Positions 37,943 through 48,710 of a stretch of 64,000 nucleotides of DNA are shown here, one piece after another. How positions within the stretch are numbered: position 1 is the first letter of the stretch; each line of letters begins with the position of its first letter. This stretch comes from a virus, in the IMG/VR virus record IMGVR_UViG_3300044535_000472, positions 58,615 to 122,614 of that record; one strand, given 5' to 3'. The notes beneath the pieces are model-generated. The model was not told the DNA's origin. It did no database searches and worked only from the letters and a program-made list of their open reading frames with translations. A program made the translations under genes and the position numbers.

Positions 37943-39145
37943 TTATCGTTTAAAAAAGCTATCGTTTCTAGGAATACGGCGTTGTACTTTCTCCTCGCTT
38001 TCAACTACTGGAGAACTTATAGTGCGTCGTGCTTCCTCGGTTTTTAATTGGCGCACAGTTTTTTCAACTTGTGCTTGTTTACCTTGATCTTTAATTCTTG
38101 CTTTATAACCATCTGGGTCAGAAAGCAACCATAAAGCCTCAGCAATTAAGTCATGTCTTGGCTCAACATATTGGTATTTCTCCAATAAGTGTCCTAACAT
38201 GTTAGTTGGTTTACCTGAAATAGAAGGGTAGTTAGGTTGAACAAGACCCGCATATAACATACCTTGTGTCTTTTTATCTAACTTCACTCCACCAAGATCA
38301 CCATTCTTTAATGTTTCATACACATTGTGCATGTATTGTTGAGCAGCAGCTTGCTGTTGTTTTTTCATATGCTCTTGTTGAGCAAGTTTTTGAGCAACAA
38401 CAGATTCTTGCATCTTATCCAACTTTGGCTTAAACTTAAGAGCTTTTGACTCTAAGTCTCCGCGATCACGCCATTGATCAATTTCTTCTTCAATCTCGTC
38501 TTCATTACCAAAGTTAGTAGCTCTTAAGTATTCACGTACTATATATTCTTGATCATTTTTATCTCTAGGATCAAGTTGGCGATGTTCTTCAACTTCCGCC
38601 AAAATTCTAAATAGTCCGCGAAGATCTTCTCCACCATCTGCAACATATTTAGCAGCGGCTTGCAACTCTTCAGGTAGTGCTTCAAAAAATTCACGAGGTG
38701 TATCCTGGCGAACTTTGTTTTCACGTTCACTGAAGTTTGCTTCAAGAAGCTCTTCAAAATCTTTTAGTGTATACTCTTCAATTGGCTTATCATCATCAAA
38801 GGGTACAATTTGTCCTTTGTCAATAAGCTTTTTTACAAGTTCAGCTGTACCACTTTTATCTAACTTAGGACGACCTGTAGCTTTAGGTGCTTCAAAGTTT
38901 TCTTCATCATTAAGTGGTTCATCTAAAAGATTATCTACTTCTGTTTTAGAAATAGGTTTTTCTTTTTCTTCATCATCCTCCTCATTAGGAGTGTCAAGGA
39001 ACGAGGTGTCAACTTTGGGATCCGTGAACACCGACGGCTTTTTTTCTTCAGGAAGCATGATATTATCAGCTCCCGGAATTCCCAATAATTCATCGAGGTT
39101 AACTTCAACTTGTGAAACCTCGGTAGTTTCTTTTTCTGTAGACAT
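37943..39145 (-). CDS. Acidic scaffold-like protein (crAss gene-77-like position), 400 aa
   Basis: Very Glu/Asp-rich and helical; lies between portal and MCP. Confidence 0.6.
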   Translation of the reverse strand: MSTEKETTEVSQVEVNLDELLGIPGADNIMLPEEKKPSVFTDPKVDTSFLDTPNEEDDEEKEKPISKTEVDNLLDEPLNDEENFEAPKATGRPKLDKSGTAELVKKLIDKGQIVPFDDDKPIEEYTLKDFEELLEANFSERENKVRQDTPREFFEALPEELQAAAKYVADGGEDLRGLFRILAEVEEHRQLDPRDKNDQEYIVREYLRATNFGNEDEIEEEIDQWRDRGDLESKALKFKPKLDKMQESVVAQKLAQQEHMKKQQQAAAQQYMHNVYETLKNGDLGGVKLDKKTQGMLYAGLVQPNYPSISGKPTNMLGHLLEKYQYVEPRHDLIAEALWLLSDPDGYKARIKDQGKQAQVEKTVRQLKTEEARRTISSPVVESEEKVQRRIPRNDSFFKR

Positions 39146-39257
39146 GGTTGTTGGTTTTTAGTATTAATGTCTTATTAACAATATACGCAAATCTATTTAA
39201 ATAAATTTAATAAGTTTTAATGTTGCAAAAAAAATTCGGCATTAGATAGCTATACCC

Positions 39258-42014
39258 TTATTTCTTCTTCTTTTCAGTGTTCTTTTTTTGCGCATCAAAC
39301 TTGTTTTTATTCTCCATTGCAATAGCTAATTGGTTATCTGAGATCTGTTTTTGCACAGCTAATTTTTCACGTTCAAGATCCATTTTAGCTGCCTCATTTC
39401 TTGTGCGATTACCTTCTTTCTCACGCTGTAACCCCATTGCTTGCTGGTATTCTTCACCTTTTTGAATTTTTTCAAGCATATCAGCATAGTCACTTTGCAT
39501 ATTCTGATTCATATCTTGCATAGCTCCATAACCTGCAGATTTAATCTCAGCCTCAACAATTCTAGCTTCACGATCTTTTTGATTCTCACTAGCCTCAAAC
39601 TCCATCTTCATCTTCTGCTCTTGTTGCTTAGCTTGGATCATTTGCTCTTGCATTTGTTGTTGTTGCTGCATTTCCTGTTGTCTTTGTTGCTCCATGCGCT
39701 CATCAGACTTCTTAAGGATTTGATCAACCTCAGCAATAGATTCAGCCTTCATGATGTTACCTAGGTCATAGATGCTAGCACCTGAAGTATTATTCTGTAT
39801 AGCCAATTGTTTAAGTTGTTCAAGAACAGCTCTATGATTAGCCTTAGTAGTACAGAAAACATTAAGATCTCTTAATAGTAAATCTGTACCATTCATCTCA
39901 AAGTTCTTTGTTTCTTCGGTGTTAGTGATATATCTAAGACGTAGTGACGGCTTAGTTGAATGGTAATGCTGAGCCAAGTCCGTGCGCATTTGGTGTACAC
40001 GTGGCATCAAGTAATCTGAGTGCTGTACAAATAGCATTTCAGTTTGCGCATAAGATCCTGATACAGCTTGCTCAACGCCGGTTGCTGTATTAGTTTGCCC
40101 AATTTGTTGACCCATACGCTGTGGTGTAATACCAATTACCTCAAAGGCCTGTTGCTTAAAGTAATTAGCCAACTGGATACGAGTCATTAAACGGTTACTT
40201 TGCTCAAGGTCAAGCTTTTGATAATGTTGGAAAGCAAGTGGATTTTCCGTATTAGTAATAGAAGTATCCAATGGTAACATCTGGAAGTTCTTCATTGCTA
40301 CATACGCCTTGGCTAAGTTATTCTTTCCCCAATCCTCTCCTAATGAGTGACGAGGTAAAGAGTTTTGATCTAACAAGATTACTGTACCAAGTTCATCCAC
40401 AAGGATATCCGCAATCTGGTTATTAACAATATTATACCCAATTTGGTAAGGCTTCATTAAATCTACAAGAGCTACAGATCTTGTATTACGGTCTGAGAAC
40501 ACGGAACCTTCTATAGGTAACTTGCAACCATACAATGAATTATCACCCTTGAATTGGAACTTCATAGGTGCAATATTGTTTTGGTTCATTCCTAAATATA
40601 TCGGATTAATACCTCCAGGAGATTTAGTTCCCCAGAATGATGGGTGATGTGGGCCAATCTTAACTCCACCCCATACTTCATTAATCCAAATCCAATCTAT
40701 ATGCTCACCAAATACTAAATTATCCTTAGTCTTATTTTTTACAAGACGGGTATTATAAATAGGTTTATCTACAACTTTATAGTCTTCAGTTACAATATCT
40801 TGTTGTACTGTACCATCATCATAAATTTTAGTAAGGTGTCCTATTTTACGTTGTGATTTCCAATATGCTGTAGTAACACGTAATAAGTTAATTTGTCCAA
40901 AATCAAAAAAGTCTTCTGTATCACGCATGATCCAGTTGACAATATCACCACCAACTAATGTATTATCCCACATAGATGTGTATTGGCGGTACCCTAAAGA
41001 TGGCATTTGTGTATTCCAGTCATGAGTCTTGGTACCATCGTAGTAGCTACCATCATTTTGATAACCCTGAATAGGATAACCTGCAGAACGCACTGGATAA
41101 ATAGCCTCAAGACTTTCTAGTTGTTCTTGTGTCATTAGCCAACCATAGGCGTCAATAACATCCGCTACAGTCATCATATCAAATTTACCTACCCAGCTAG
41201 CATCTGACATGTAGCGGATCTCAGGTGACTTATGATAAAATGTAAGAATAGGATTCCATAATTCAATTTGGTAATCATCTTCCATCATCTTAAAGTGCCA
41301 GAACTCGCGGTCTGTAATAAGCATATCACGGAATCCGCGTTCTTCTAGCTCATCCATTTTAAATCTCTCGGTATCAACTTGAAGCTGATGCTCAGCCCAT
41401 TGCTCTACCATTGACTTGTATGTCTTGCTAAAATAACTTTCAATTTGAGGCAATGACTTAATGCTTTCAGGAGCCATTGCTTGTTGATATTGTTCACTAT
41501 CTTCAGCAAGTCCCATTTGAGATAATGTTAATCTCATTTGCTCTTCAGCATCAGTTATAATTGCTTTTTCTAACTCAGCACGCTTAAGCTCTAACATCTC
41601 ATTATAAGATGTTTCATCAACTCCTCTAAATGTAACACGAGTATTGCGTTTTGCAAACTCTGCTACAAGGGTATTGATTACGTTAGGAATAATAGGATAA
41701 AACTTGAGCTCTAATGCACTTACGTCCTCTTTAGTTAAAGTTTCAATAAGATCTGCATACTCATTATCCTCTTCTACAATGTAGTCACTCTTATCTATAA
41801 TACCTTTTGCAAGCTTATAGTTCTTTAAGAAACGACGTGCATTTCTACGCACTACGCGTAAGCCTTGCCATTCTAGCCAGTCTAGGTTCCAGTTAGCCCA
41901 GTCTTTATCTTTTTTATCTTTAGGTAAAAACTGGATAGGTTGATTAAGAGTACCCATTTTGTTGTACTCAACCTTGGCTCCCGCCTTTACCTGCATGGCA
42001 TTATATATTTCCAT
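39258..42014 (-). CDS. Portal protein, 918 aa
   Basis: Directly after the terminase. QPIQFLPK..KD..W N-terminus, FYPIIPNVINTLVAE, and a C-terminal Gln-rich coiled coil typical of crAss-like portals. Confidence 0.85.
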   Translation of the reverse strand: MEIYNAMQVKAGAKVEYNKMGTLNQPIQFLPKDKKDKDWANWNLDWLEWQGLRVVRRNARRFLKNYKLAKGIIDKSDYIVEEDNEYADLIETLTKEDVSALELKFYPIIPNVINTLVAEFAKRNTRVTFRGVDETSYNEMLELKRAELEKAIITDAEEQMRLTLSQMGLAEDSEQYQQAMAPESIKSLPQIESYFSKTYKSMVEQWAEHQLQVDTERFKMDELEERGFRDMLITDREFWHFKMMEDDYQIELWNPILTFYHKSPEIRYMSDASWVGKFDMMTVADVIDAYGWLMTQEQLESLEAIYPVRSAGYPIQGYQNDGSYYDGTKTHDWNTQMPSLGYRQYTSMWDNTLVGGDIVNWIMRDTEDFFDFGQINLLRVTTAYWKSQRKIGHLTKIYDDGTVQQDIVTEDYKVVDKPIYNTRLVKNKTKDNLVFGEHIDWIWINEVWGGVKIGPHHPSFWGTKSPGGINPIYLGMNQNNIAPMKFQFKGDNSLYGCKLPIEGSVFSDRNTRSVALVDLMKPYQIGYNIVNNQIADILVDELGTVILLDQNSLPRHSLGEDWGKNNLAKAYVAMKNFQMLPLDTSITNTENPLAFQHYQKLDLEQSNRLMTRIQLANYFKQQAFEVIGITPQRMGQQIGQTNTATGVEQAVSGSYAQTEMLFVQHSDYLMPRVHQMRTDLAQHYHSTKPSLRLRYITNTEETKNFEMNGTDLLLRDLNVFCTTKANHRAVLEQLKQLAIQNNTSGASIYDLGNIMKAESIAEVDQILKKSDERMEQQRQQEMQQQQQMQEQMIQAKQQEQKMKMEFEASENQKDREARIVEAEIKSAGYGAMQDMNQNMQSDYADMLEKIQKGEEYQQAMGLQREKEGNRTRNEAAKMDLEREKLAVQKQISDNQLAIAMENKNKFDAQKKNTEKKKK

Positions 42015-42017
42015 AGC

Positions 42018-44231
42018 TTATCTTAAGTTTTTAAATGCTTGTCTTGGTAATTTCATACCATTAAAAGTATGGCCCCCACCGCCAATGTGACGAAAAGGGC
42101 TCTTATTTAATTTACTGAATTTATTAGAGTTATCCAAGTTTTTTGCCAGCCCAGTTTCCTCATAACGTTTTTTATAACCCCTATTTGCTTGTTGCACTTT
42201 AGCAAAAGCAATCAATGCTGCAAATGATACAAGTCTATCCACGTTGACCCCATCACGATATGCCATCATCTCTTTCATCAACATAACATCTGGTATACGC
42301 TCTATACCATAAGTTGTTTTAACAACTTTACCATCATCTGTAGTTTCTTGATGAAGCTCTTCTCTTATGAACTCAATAGCATAACTTATCATATGACTCT
42401 TAAATAAAGTCCCTGTGTTACGCCATCCATATTCCTGAAACACATTTGCATTAGCACCAATATCTTTTAAAAATAAAATTTGACTTCGTGGTACAAGATA
42501 GCGCTGTTTTTTTCTATGAATCATATGTTGAATAAATAAACTAATATTGTTTTCAACAATTGTCCAAGCGTTATACCACTCAACAATCATCTCAAGACGC
42601 TCGTGAGTTTTAGCTATATCATCAAAGCGGCCGCACCAGGCAGCTACTATTTTATCATTTTCAATAAAAGTTTCTACTTTTTCACCATCATTACGTGTTA
42701 CCTCAACTGCTGTTTTATAAACATAAATAGAACACAATGATTCTGAGGTAGTAGTTTTTCCTTCACCTACGGGGTCAATACTTGCATAGTACATCCCAAA
42801 CTCAGGATCTTTGCAAGGTCTTTCCCATACTACCAAAGTACCGGTTTTATCCTCAGTATTTTTAGTAATAGGAAACTCTATGATAGGTAGCTTATTAGTT
42901 TCTCGTGTAGCTATTTGCCCCTTGTCATCCCTATAGATATCTAAAAATTCATAGGAATACATTTTATCTTCTATTCTTCTTATCTGAGAAGTAACTAAAT
43001 GACCTGGGAATACTGATACAGTTCTAAAGTCAAATGCTTCTTTAATATTTCTAGGGTGCTGAGAAATACGGAGTTGGTATTCCTGCGGATCTAATTCTTT
43101 TTTCCAAGTAGCAAATTGCTCATCTAATGCCTTTAGCGACTCTTCTACTTTAGAGTTACCGTACTCATCAATAAATGGTGGCATTGACCATTGTTCAGGA
43201 ATAAATAAACCTGTTCTTCCTATTTGTCCAGTTTCATCTATTAAGTTAGATTCTACTGAATATATATCATTCGCGTCCGGGCGCGTAATCATTTTCTTTA
43301 AAGGTTCACACTGAGATAAATCCCCAACAGATCCTGCTGCTATAAACATACCTGTAGTCATGAAACCTGATTTCATAGCAGGGCGGATATACTCAAATGT
43401 TGTATCCATCTTAGGAGCAATACCAGCTTCCTCGTGGAAGAAGTATTTGCATGGTCCCCCTACCCCGTTAGTCGGATCTTTTTCAAAGGACATCCCTTGC
43501 ATTACGCCTTTAAGACCTACTTCCGATTTACGCTTGCTTAGTGGATCAACAGTTTCAATCTTCTGCTGCCACATCATAACCTTATTAGGGTTCATAGGGC
43601 GGTACCATGCTGTATGTTTATTTAAGAAAGCCTCGTATTCATTTAAGAATTTCCATGTACCTTTCTCATTGATATAATCTTTAAGACTAGCACCCATCTT
43701 TAGGGTAATACCTTCCTCAAACCATATCTGATTAATAAGCTTACCGGCGTGAAAATAGCTAGATGCAATTTGACGTTTCTTTAATATTGCAGAATGTTTA
43801 TAGTTTAATTCTGCAAGTATCTCATATAGCGCCATGTGATATTGTGCATCACGTACATCAGCAAAACCAAACCTTTGAGTCTCCTTATTGAATATTGGTA
43901 GGAAGTTTAGCCACATATAGTAATCACGGGGTATATACCACGCATTACCATTGTTTTTATAAATAGCACCTACCTTACATTTATTCTTTTGGTCATTCCA
44001 ATAAATAATAAAGTCTTTAGTTCCTTGAGGCGCTTTACAGTAAAATCCAATTTCATTAAATATCCTAGCTTGCTCATTGAACATTTTGCTGACCTCATCA
44101 AAATGGTATTGACCAGGCTCCTTAAATATACCTTCTACAAATTCCTTAAAATCATTACGAGTAGGAAAAGTAGTCACTGACCACTCTCCATTTTCCCATG
44201 TAGGAATTTCTATATTATATTCTTTTAGCAT
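42018..44231 (-). CDS. terL: Terminase large subunit, 737 aa
   Basis: ATPase region LKKRQIASSY, Walker B-like FFHEEAG, RNase H-type nuclease YYASIDPVGEG, C-terminal NVDRLVS. Confidence 0.92.
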   Translation of the reverse strand: MLKEYNIEIPTWENGEWSVTTFPTRNDFKEFVEGIFKEPGQYHFDEVSKMFNEQARIFNEIGFYCKAPQGTKDFIIYWNDQKNKCKVGAIYKNNGNAWYIPRDYYMWLNFLPIFNKETQRFGFADVRDAQYHMALYEILAELNYKHSAILKKRQIASSYFHAGKLINQIWFEEGITLKMGASLKDYINEKGTWKFLNEYEAFLNKHTAWYRPMNPNKVMMWQQKIETVDPLSKRKSEVGLKGVMQGMSFEKDPTNGVGGPCKYFFHEEAGIAPKMDTTFEYIRPAMKSGFMTTGMFIAAGSVGDLSQCEPLKKMITRPDANDIYSVESNLIDETGQIGRTGLFIPEQWSMPPFIDEYGNSKVEESLKALDEQFATWKKELDPQEYQLRISQHPRNIKEAFDFRTVSVFPGHLVTSQIRRIEDKMYSYEFLDIYRDDKGQIATRETNKLPIIEFPITKNTEDKTGTLVVWERPCKDPEFGMYYASIDPVGEGKTTTSESLCSIYVYKTAVEVTRNDGEKVETFIENDKIVAAWCGRFDDIAKTHERLEMIVEWYNAWTIVENNISLFIQHMIHRKKQRYLVPRSQILFLKDIGANANVFQEYGWRNTGTLFKSHMISYAIEFIREELHQETTDDGKVVKTTYGIERIPDVMLMKEMMAYRDGVNVDRLVSFAALIAFAKVQQANRGYKKRYEETGLAKNLDNSNKFSKLNKSPFRHIGGGGHTFNGMKLPRQAFKNLR

Positions 44232-44397
44232 GCTTCTTTTTTAGACTATGTAATAAGTCTTTTAGTTCTTTAAAACCTCTAGGTTTTGCTTGCCCATTAA
44301 GATAAGATTCAATATCCTCTCTACGGACAGCATACCATTTTTCTTGAAAGATGTTATAGTGTAACAAGTAATCATAAAGGTAATCACATTTGGTCAT
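44215..44397 (-). CDS. Hypothetical protein, 60 aa (MTKCDYLYDYLLHYN...)
   Basis: 3' part of track ORF 44215..44535; ATG at 44397 overlaps the end of the upstream gene. Confidence 0.55.
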   Translation of the reverse strand: MTKCDYLYDYLLHYNIFQEKWYAVRREDIESYLNGQAKPRGFKELKDLLHSLKKKHAKRI

Positions 44398-44908
44398 ATG
44401 CGAGCCCCGCCCCGCCTCGAGCACGGCTCGCCTGCTCTTCCTGGAGGTCTTTGTACGCGCCTTTGTAGGCTTCGCGGATTTGCTGGAATTTTGCTGCTGT
44501 GTTTGTAAGCGCTGTGATGTTGCCGTCTCTTCCATCTGTGATACTTGTTGTGGCCATGTAGTTTGCTAAACGGTCAAGCATTTGCTTAATACCGTTATAC
44601 GCCCTCATGGTCGGGGTTTCATATAATTGTTTACAAAGCTCTAATGCGCCTGGGATACCGTCATCCTCAGAACTAAACTCTGCTTTTATCTCCGCTAATA
44701 TAATCTCTTCTTTGTCATCTTCAGCAAGATTAAAAAAAGGATTTAAGTCTGGATTAGGACAAGTCATGTAAAACAAATACTGGTATATCTTTAGGTAATC
44801 CTCTGGATAATCATCCATGATTTTCTTAAGAGTACTTATTGTATAACAATGTTCAGTAGGTACAATAACATTGTTTTGTATATCAAATAGTTTGACTATC
44901 ATCTTCAA
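44384..44908 (-). CDS. Conserved helical protein upstream of terL (possible small terminase subunit)
   Basis: 174 aa, helical; position is typical of crAss-like phages. Confidence 0.45.
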   Translation of the reverse strand: MKMIVKLFDIQNNVIVPTEHCYTISTLKKIMDDYPEDYLKIYQYLFYMTCPNPDLNPFFNLAEDDKEEIILAEIKAEFSSEDDGIPGALELCKQLYETPTMRAYNGIKQMLDRLANYMATTSITDGRDGNITALTNTAAKFQQIREAYKGAYKDLQEEQASRARGGAGLAYDQM

Positions 44909-45524
44909 TCTTTTTTATTTCATAATAATAACTATTAGAATCTTCAGATACCCACTTATCAGATTGGGCCTCAACGGACTCTATATGCGTATCTACTTTA
45001 AATGTAGAAGGTTCTACAGGAAATGGCTTTGTAACCCAATTAGAATCTCTCCAGTATATTCTATTATTAGGTTGACAAAGTAAATAACCATCATCTGCAA
45101 TTAAAATATGCCCACATTTATAATCAGATGGCTCATCAGAGTAAGGATTTTTATACCAATCTACTGTCATTAAATATGTAGCCCATATCATACTACCATC
45201 TTTTAAAACTACTTGACAGCGTTTTTCATATAGATAATCATATGTAATAACAGATATATTTTCTGAAAAGCAATCCCATAGTTGTTTAAAATGAAATGGA
45301 ATATCGCTTTTAGGTATTTCCATATATATTTCTGAAATAGGTACTCTTGATCTAAGCATACCGTAATCAGTCATAACATGAAAAGTTAATATTTTACCAG
45401 CTAAAGATTGTACTGCAAAAGCATAAGCTTTATGGTACGTATTATTATCAGCTTCATCTTTTGTAAAATGCGATGCTTTTACATAACACTTAAAAAGTTC
45501 TATATTTTCATTAAGCTTTGACAT
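44883..45524 (-). CDS. Hypothetical phage protein, 213 aa
   Basis: Clean ORF overlapping both neighbours. Confidence 0.6.
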   Translation of the reverse strand: MSKLNENIELFKCYVKASHFTKDEADNNTYHKAYAFAVQSLAGKILTFHVMTDYGMLRSRVPISEIYMEIPKSDIPFHFKQLWDCFSENISVITYDYLYEKRCQVVLKDGSMIWATYLMTVDWYKNPYSDEPSDYKCGHILIADDGYLLCQPNNRIYWRDSNWVTKPFPVEPSTFKVDTHIESVEAQSDKWVSEDSNSYYYEIKKIEDDSQTI

Positions 45525-46332
45525 TTTCCTTTAGTTTATTAATTATGTTTATAACCTCAGTTTTAAGATATGGTACATCATATTGTACAATTTCTTGTAC
45601 AACTGGCTCCCCAAAATCATCATACTTCACAATCCTATTATCATAGGCATCCTTACCGGCTTCTTCAAATAGTATATGCTCAATGATCATTTTACCCGGC
45701 TTTAATCTAGGGTTGTGTTTAATAATCATGTACATATAAAAGCTTAATTGCAATGAGTAATGGTTAAGATTACAGTCATCCAAATGATTGACTGGATCAA
45801 GCATTTTATCAGTAATTCCTTCCCAGTTAGTGTAACCTGTGGTTTTAATTTCTTTATTTGTTTTATAATCATAAATGTTGACCTTGCCATTTACTATCTC
45901 AACTCTATCCGCTTGGCCACATAACCCCGCACTCTTAAGATACATCATATGTTCGGGATATACACCATCACCAAGCTTTTGATCTGGTGCATTTTTAATT
46001 CCATCTATTTCAATAGGTTTAAAAATTGGAACAACAATGTCCTCCCTACTAATAGTGTCACATGATAATAGGTCACGTTCTCTTTGTGCATGGTACCAAG
46101 TACCAAGACTCATAGCTCTATTAGATTCACTTTTCCAAGCTTCTTTAATAGCTTCTGGTGTCATACCATACCACTTGCTTTTTTTGCTCTTAGCTGATTT
46201 AGCAGCTATAGTATCGGCATCAAATGGTTTCTTAAATTTAGATATGACACTAGTTACACTAGTCCATGAGATGTTCTCATTAGGATCAATACTTGTGTAA
46301 CTGTGAGTCTCAGGTTTGAATACTATTGCCAT
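45511..46332 (-). CDS. PD-(D/E)XK (Cas4/RecB-like) nuclease
   Basis: SWTSVTSVISKF, GTWYH, LCGQADRV, IYDYKTNK, HYSLQLSFY motifs. Confidence 0.85.
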   Translation of the reverse strand: MAIVFKPETHSYTSIDPNENISWTSVTSVISKFKKPFDADTIAAKSAKSKKSKWYGMTPEAIKEAWKSESNRAMSLGTWYHAQRERDLLSCDTISREDIVVPIFKPIEIDGIKNAPDQKLGDGVYPEHMMYLKSAGLCGQADRVEIVNGKVNIYDYKTNKEIKTTGYTNWEGITDKMLDPVNHLDDCNLNHYSLQLSFYMYMIIKHNPRLKPGKMIIEHILFEEAGKDAYDNRIVKYDDFGEPVVQEIVQYDVPYLKTEVINIINKLKENVKA

Positions 46333-46336
46333 AGTT

Positions 46337-47200
46337 TTACTTATTATACGGAATTTTATAACTTATGATTTTAAGATCATCTTCTCTACTAAAAAACTTA
46401 ATAAATACTTCGCAAGTATCATTCTGATATGAGTGCATTAAGAAAAAACCTATAGATGGTCTATACTTTCTAAACCAAAATTCAAATAATCTATGGTCAT
46501 ATTGGTATAGTTCATAAATAGTTTGCTTCCAACGTCCATATATATTACATACATTATTTTTATCTAGGGCAGATTGAATAATATCTGCAGCATCATTTAT
46601 AAGTTTTCCGTAATCACCTTCGTCATATATACTACCCTTAGCAATTTTAGTAGCATTCATTGTCTCATAATACTCAACAAGCTCATAATTTTTAAAAAAA
46701 CATGCCTTATCACAAAGGTTAGGTTCATCTAAAAGCTCATCAGTTATATCTAAATTCAAGTTATAATCTTCTTGAGTATATACTTTATTATTAATTTTCT
46801 TAAGTATAGTGGGTTTAAAAAGAGTTTTAGGATCAACAGGTATTTCTACTAGTTCTTCAACAAGTTCATCAATAGGTGATGGCTTTTCACTAGCTTCTAA
46901 TCTTGCAGTTATATCATCCTCTTCTTCTTCGCTCATTACAGCAAACCATCTTCCTTGTGGGCATGCTGATGACATGCTGTAAGTTTTATACTTAAGCGAA
47001 CATCCGCAATCACCACAGCAAGGATGAGTTCCGGGTACCTCACACTTATCACCTTTGAGATCAATAAGAGGACATGTGCTACAGATATCGTACCTGTAAC
47101 TTGCTATTTTTTCAATCTTCTTACGAGTAAAGTAATAGTTAAACATCCCTTCAAGGATTAACCATTTACTCTTCCAGATTTTCTTGATCTTGTTTACCAT
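46337..47200 (-). CDS. Protein with N-terminal Cys-rich Zn-binding-like domain, 287 aa
   Basis: RYDICSTCP...CEVPGTHPCCGDCGCSL...CPQGRW. Confidence 0.6.
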   Translation of the reverse strand: MVNKIKKIWKSKWLILEGMFNYYFTRKKIEKIASYRYDICSTCPLIDLKGDKCEVPGTHPCCGDCGCSLKYKTYSMSSACPQGRWFAVMSEEEEDDITARLEASEKPSPIDELVEELVEIPVDPKTLFKPTILKKINNKVYTQEDYNLNLDITDELLDEPNLCDKACFFKNYELVEYYETMNATKIAKGSIYDEGDYGKLINDAADIIQSALDKNNVCNIYGRWKQTIYELYQYDHRLFEFWFRKYRPSIGFFLMHSYQNDTCEVFIKFFSREDDLKIISYKIPYNK

Positions 47201-47555
47201 ATCGTTTTTCTATAACGGTTTGTTTTATCTCTTTATAACTTTCTAGTTCTTGCTGTATCTCTAGGAGACGTTTAAGTCGACTATCCGTTAAACTATAAGC
47301 CTGGTACTTATTAAAGGTTTTTGGGACAGGTGCTTTTTGGTATTCCCTATAGACATCAATAGTTCTACTTAATGTTTTTGGCATTACTTCAAAAGTACCA
47401 AGATTTATAACATCAAGTCTAGGTGACGTTAAGTTAGTCATTTGCTTTCGTAAGCTTCCCCAATAAAAGTCAAGAACATCTCTAACAAGGTTCTCGTCTA
47501 GTTGAAGATCACTCGCTACTTCGCTGTAAAGGGTTTTCGCTTTCTTGGGATTCAA
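47166..47555 (-). CDS. HU/IHF-like DNA-binding protein
   Basis: LYSEVASDLQLDENLVRDVLDFYW...LDVINLGTFEV, the HU helix-helix-beta pattern. Confidence 0.7.
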   Translation of the reverse strand: MNPKKAKTLYSEVASDLQLDENLVRDVLDFYWGSLRKQMTNLTSPRLDVINLGTFEVMPKTLSRTIDVYREYQKAPVPKTFNKYQAYSLTDSRLKRLLEIQQELESYKEIKQTVIEKRYGKQDQENLEE

Positions 47556-47913
47556 CTCTTACCATTTTATAGTCTAACAAAATATTACCCGTTGTTTGGA
47601 TCATAATCTCTGGGTTAAGCTTAATGCGTTTCTTAGCCTTACCATTTTTAAATACATTTACCAAACCGCGTCGCTGACCTTTAGATATTGCATTTCTTAC
47701 GGATTGGCTATTGCCGAAAATGTTATTATCGGCAACAGCATTACAAAAATCCGCAAGTTCTTTTTCACCTGAGATTGCCAAGTAAGTTAAGCAATTAAGG
47801 TCACGATCAGATACTGAAATGTTTTTTAAATGGCAATGCACATTAAGCTGAAAACGTACTATGTCCCATAGGTTCATACGTACTTTTTTCTGTACTTGAT
47901 TTACTACTGCCAT
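47509..47913 (-). CDS. Possible winged-helix DNA-binding protein
   Basis: Helix, then SQSVRNAISKGQRRGLVNV, then a beta hairpin. Confidence 0.45.
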   Translation of the reverse strand: MAVVNQVQKKVRMNLWDIVRFQLNVHCHLKNISVSDRDLNCLTYLAISGEKELADFCNAVADNNIFGNSQSVRNAISKGQRRGLVNVFKNGKAKKRIKLNPEIMIQTTGNILLDYKMVRVESQESENPLQRSSE

Positions 47914-47919
47914 GATAAA

Positions 47920-48195
47920 TTACTTTTCTTTTCTTAAAACGCGTTTTCTAATCTCAGCCGTTTCTTCTGCAGTCTCCGGTGCATCATCACCTTCTTGTGG
48001 AGCTGGCGCCATAATTTGAGCTTGACGCATTTGAGCTACTAAACGTCTTGCGCGCAACTCTTCAATTTCTGTGGCAAGTGTTTCATAGTCTTTTTGCAAT
48101 TGAAGAACTTCAATTTGCTCACTGTAAAAAGCCATTAACTCAGCTTTCTTCTCCTCAATTTGTTCAGGAGTAAACATTTCTTGTTGGTTTTCCAT
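47920..48195 (-). CDS. Coiled-coil hypothetical protein (likely start MENQQE at 48195)
   Basis: Heptad pattern; a TATATTTG promoter-like element lies upstream. Confidence 0.55.
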   Translation of the reverse strand: MENQQEMFTPEQIEEKKAELMAFYSEQIEVLQLQKDYETLATEIEELRARRLVAQMRQAQIMAPAPQEGDDAPETAEETAEIRKRVLRKEK

Positions 48196-48259
48196 AACTT
48201 TTATATATTTAGGTTTAGACAAATATATAATAAAAAGTTTAAACTCCAAATGTTTAGAC

Positions 48260-48291
48260 AAAAAAATACCCAGGCACGTTTGCCCAGGTAT
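48260..48291 (-). terminator. Intrinsic terminator
   Basis: Minus strand ATACCTGGGCA-AACG-TGCCTGGGTAT followed by a T-run. Confidence 0.75.
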
Positions 48292-48322
48292 CTTAACCTA
48301 AATCATATTAACTTATGTTGAA

Positions 48323-48676
48323 TTAAGACTTTTTACCGTCTTCTTCTCTTTTTGCTTTTATGTATCCAGTAAGTTCTGCAATGTTAGTACTTAACTGTGT
48401 CATATGCGTAGTAAGGTTGTCCATCTTTAGATCAAGCTTCTCGTGTGCAGCCTTCTGATCTTCTTTAAGTATATCCATTCTATTATAGATGCTTGTTTCT
48501 TTGGCCATGAGATCACTTTCTAAAGATACCATATCTCCACCAAGTTTGTCTACTTTCCCTTTTAACTTACCTAGCTCTTGCTTAAGAGCGTAGTATGCAG
48601 ATAGTCCTGATCCTATTGTCATTGCTATCCAGATTACATCTTTGGTGCTAAACATCCATGCTTCTGCTGATCCCAT
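48323..48676 (-). CDS. Holin-like membrane protein (one TM helix plus coiled coil)
   Basis: VIWIAMTIGSGLSAYYAL hydrophobic segment followed by a long coiled coil; lies at the end of the tail operon. Confidence 0.45.
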   Translation of the reverse strand: MGSAEAWMFSTKDVIWIAMTIGSGLSAYYALKQELGKLKGKVDKLGGDMVSLESDLMAKETSIYNRMDILKEDQKAAHEKLDLKMDNLTTHMTQLSTNIAELTGYIKAKREEDGKKS

Positions 48677-48710
48677 AACTTAAATATATATATACTTATA
48701 ATATACAAAA

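Noticed and set aside
42018-44231. Intein or intron in the terminase
   Set aside because: Length is normal for crAss-like TerL; no LAGLIDADG or HN-C/S/T junction seen and the frame is uninterrupted.
44398-44535. 5' extension of track ORF 44215..44535
   Set aside because: Overlaps the 174-aa gene out of frame; the ATG at 44397 gives the usual short overlap.
45511-46332. CRISPR-Cas link of the Cas4-like nuclease
   Set aside because: No repeat-spacer array or other cas genes seen; solo PD-(D/E)XK nucleases are common in phages.
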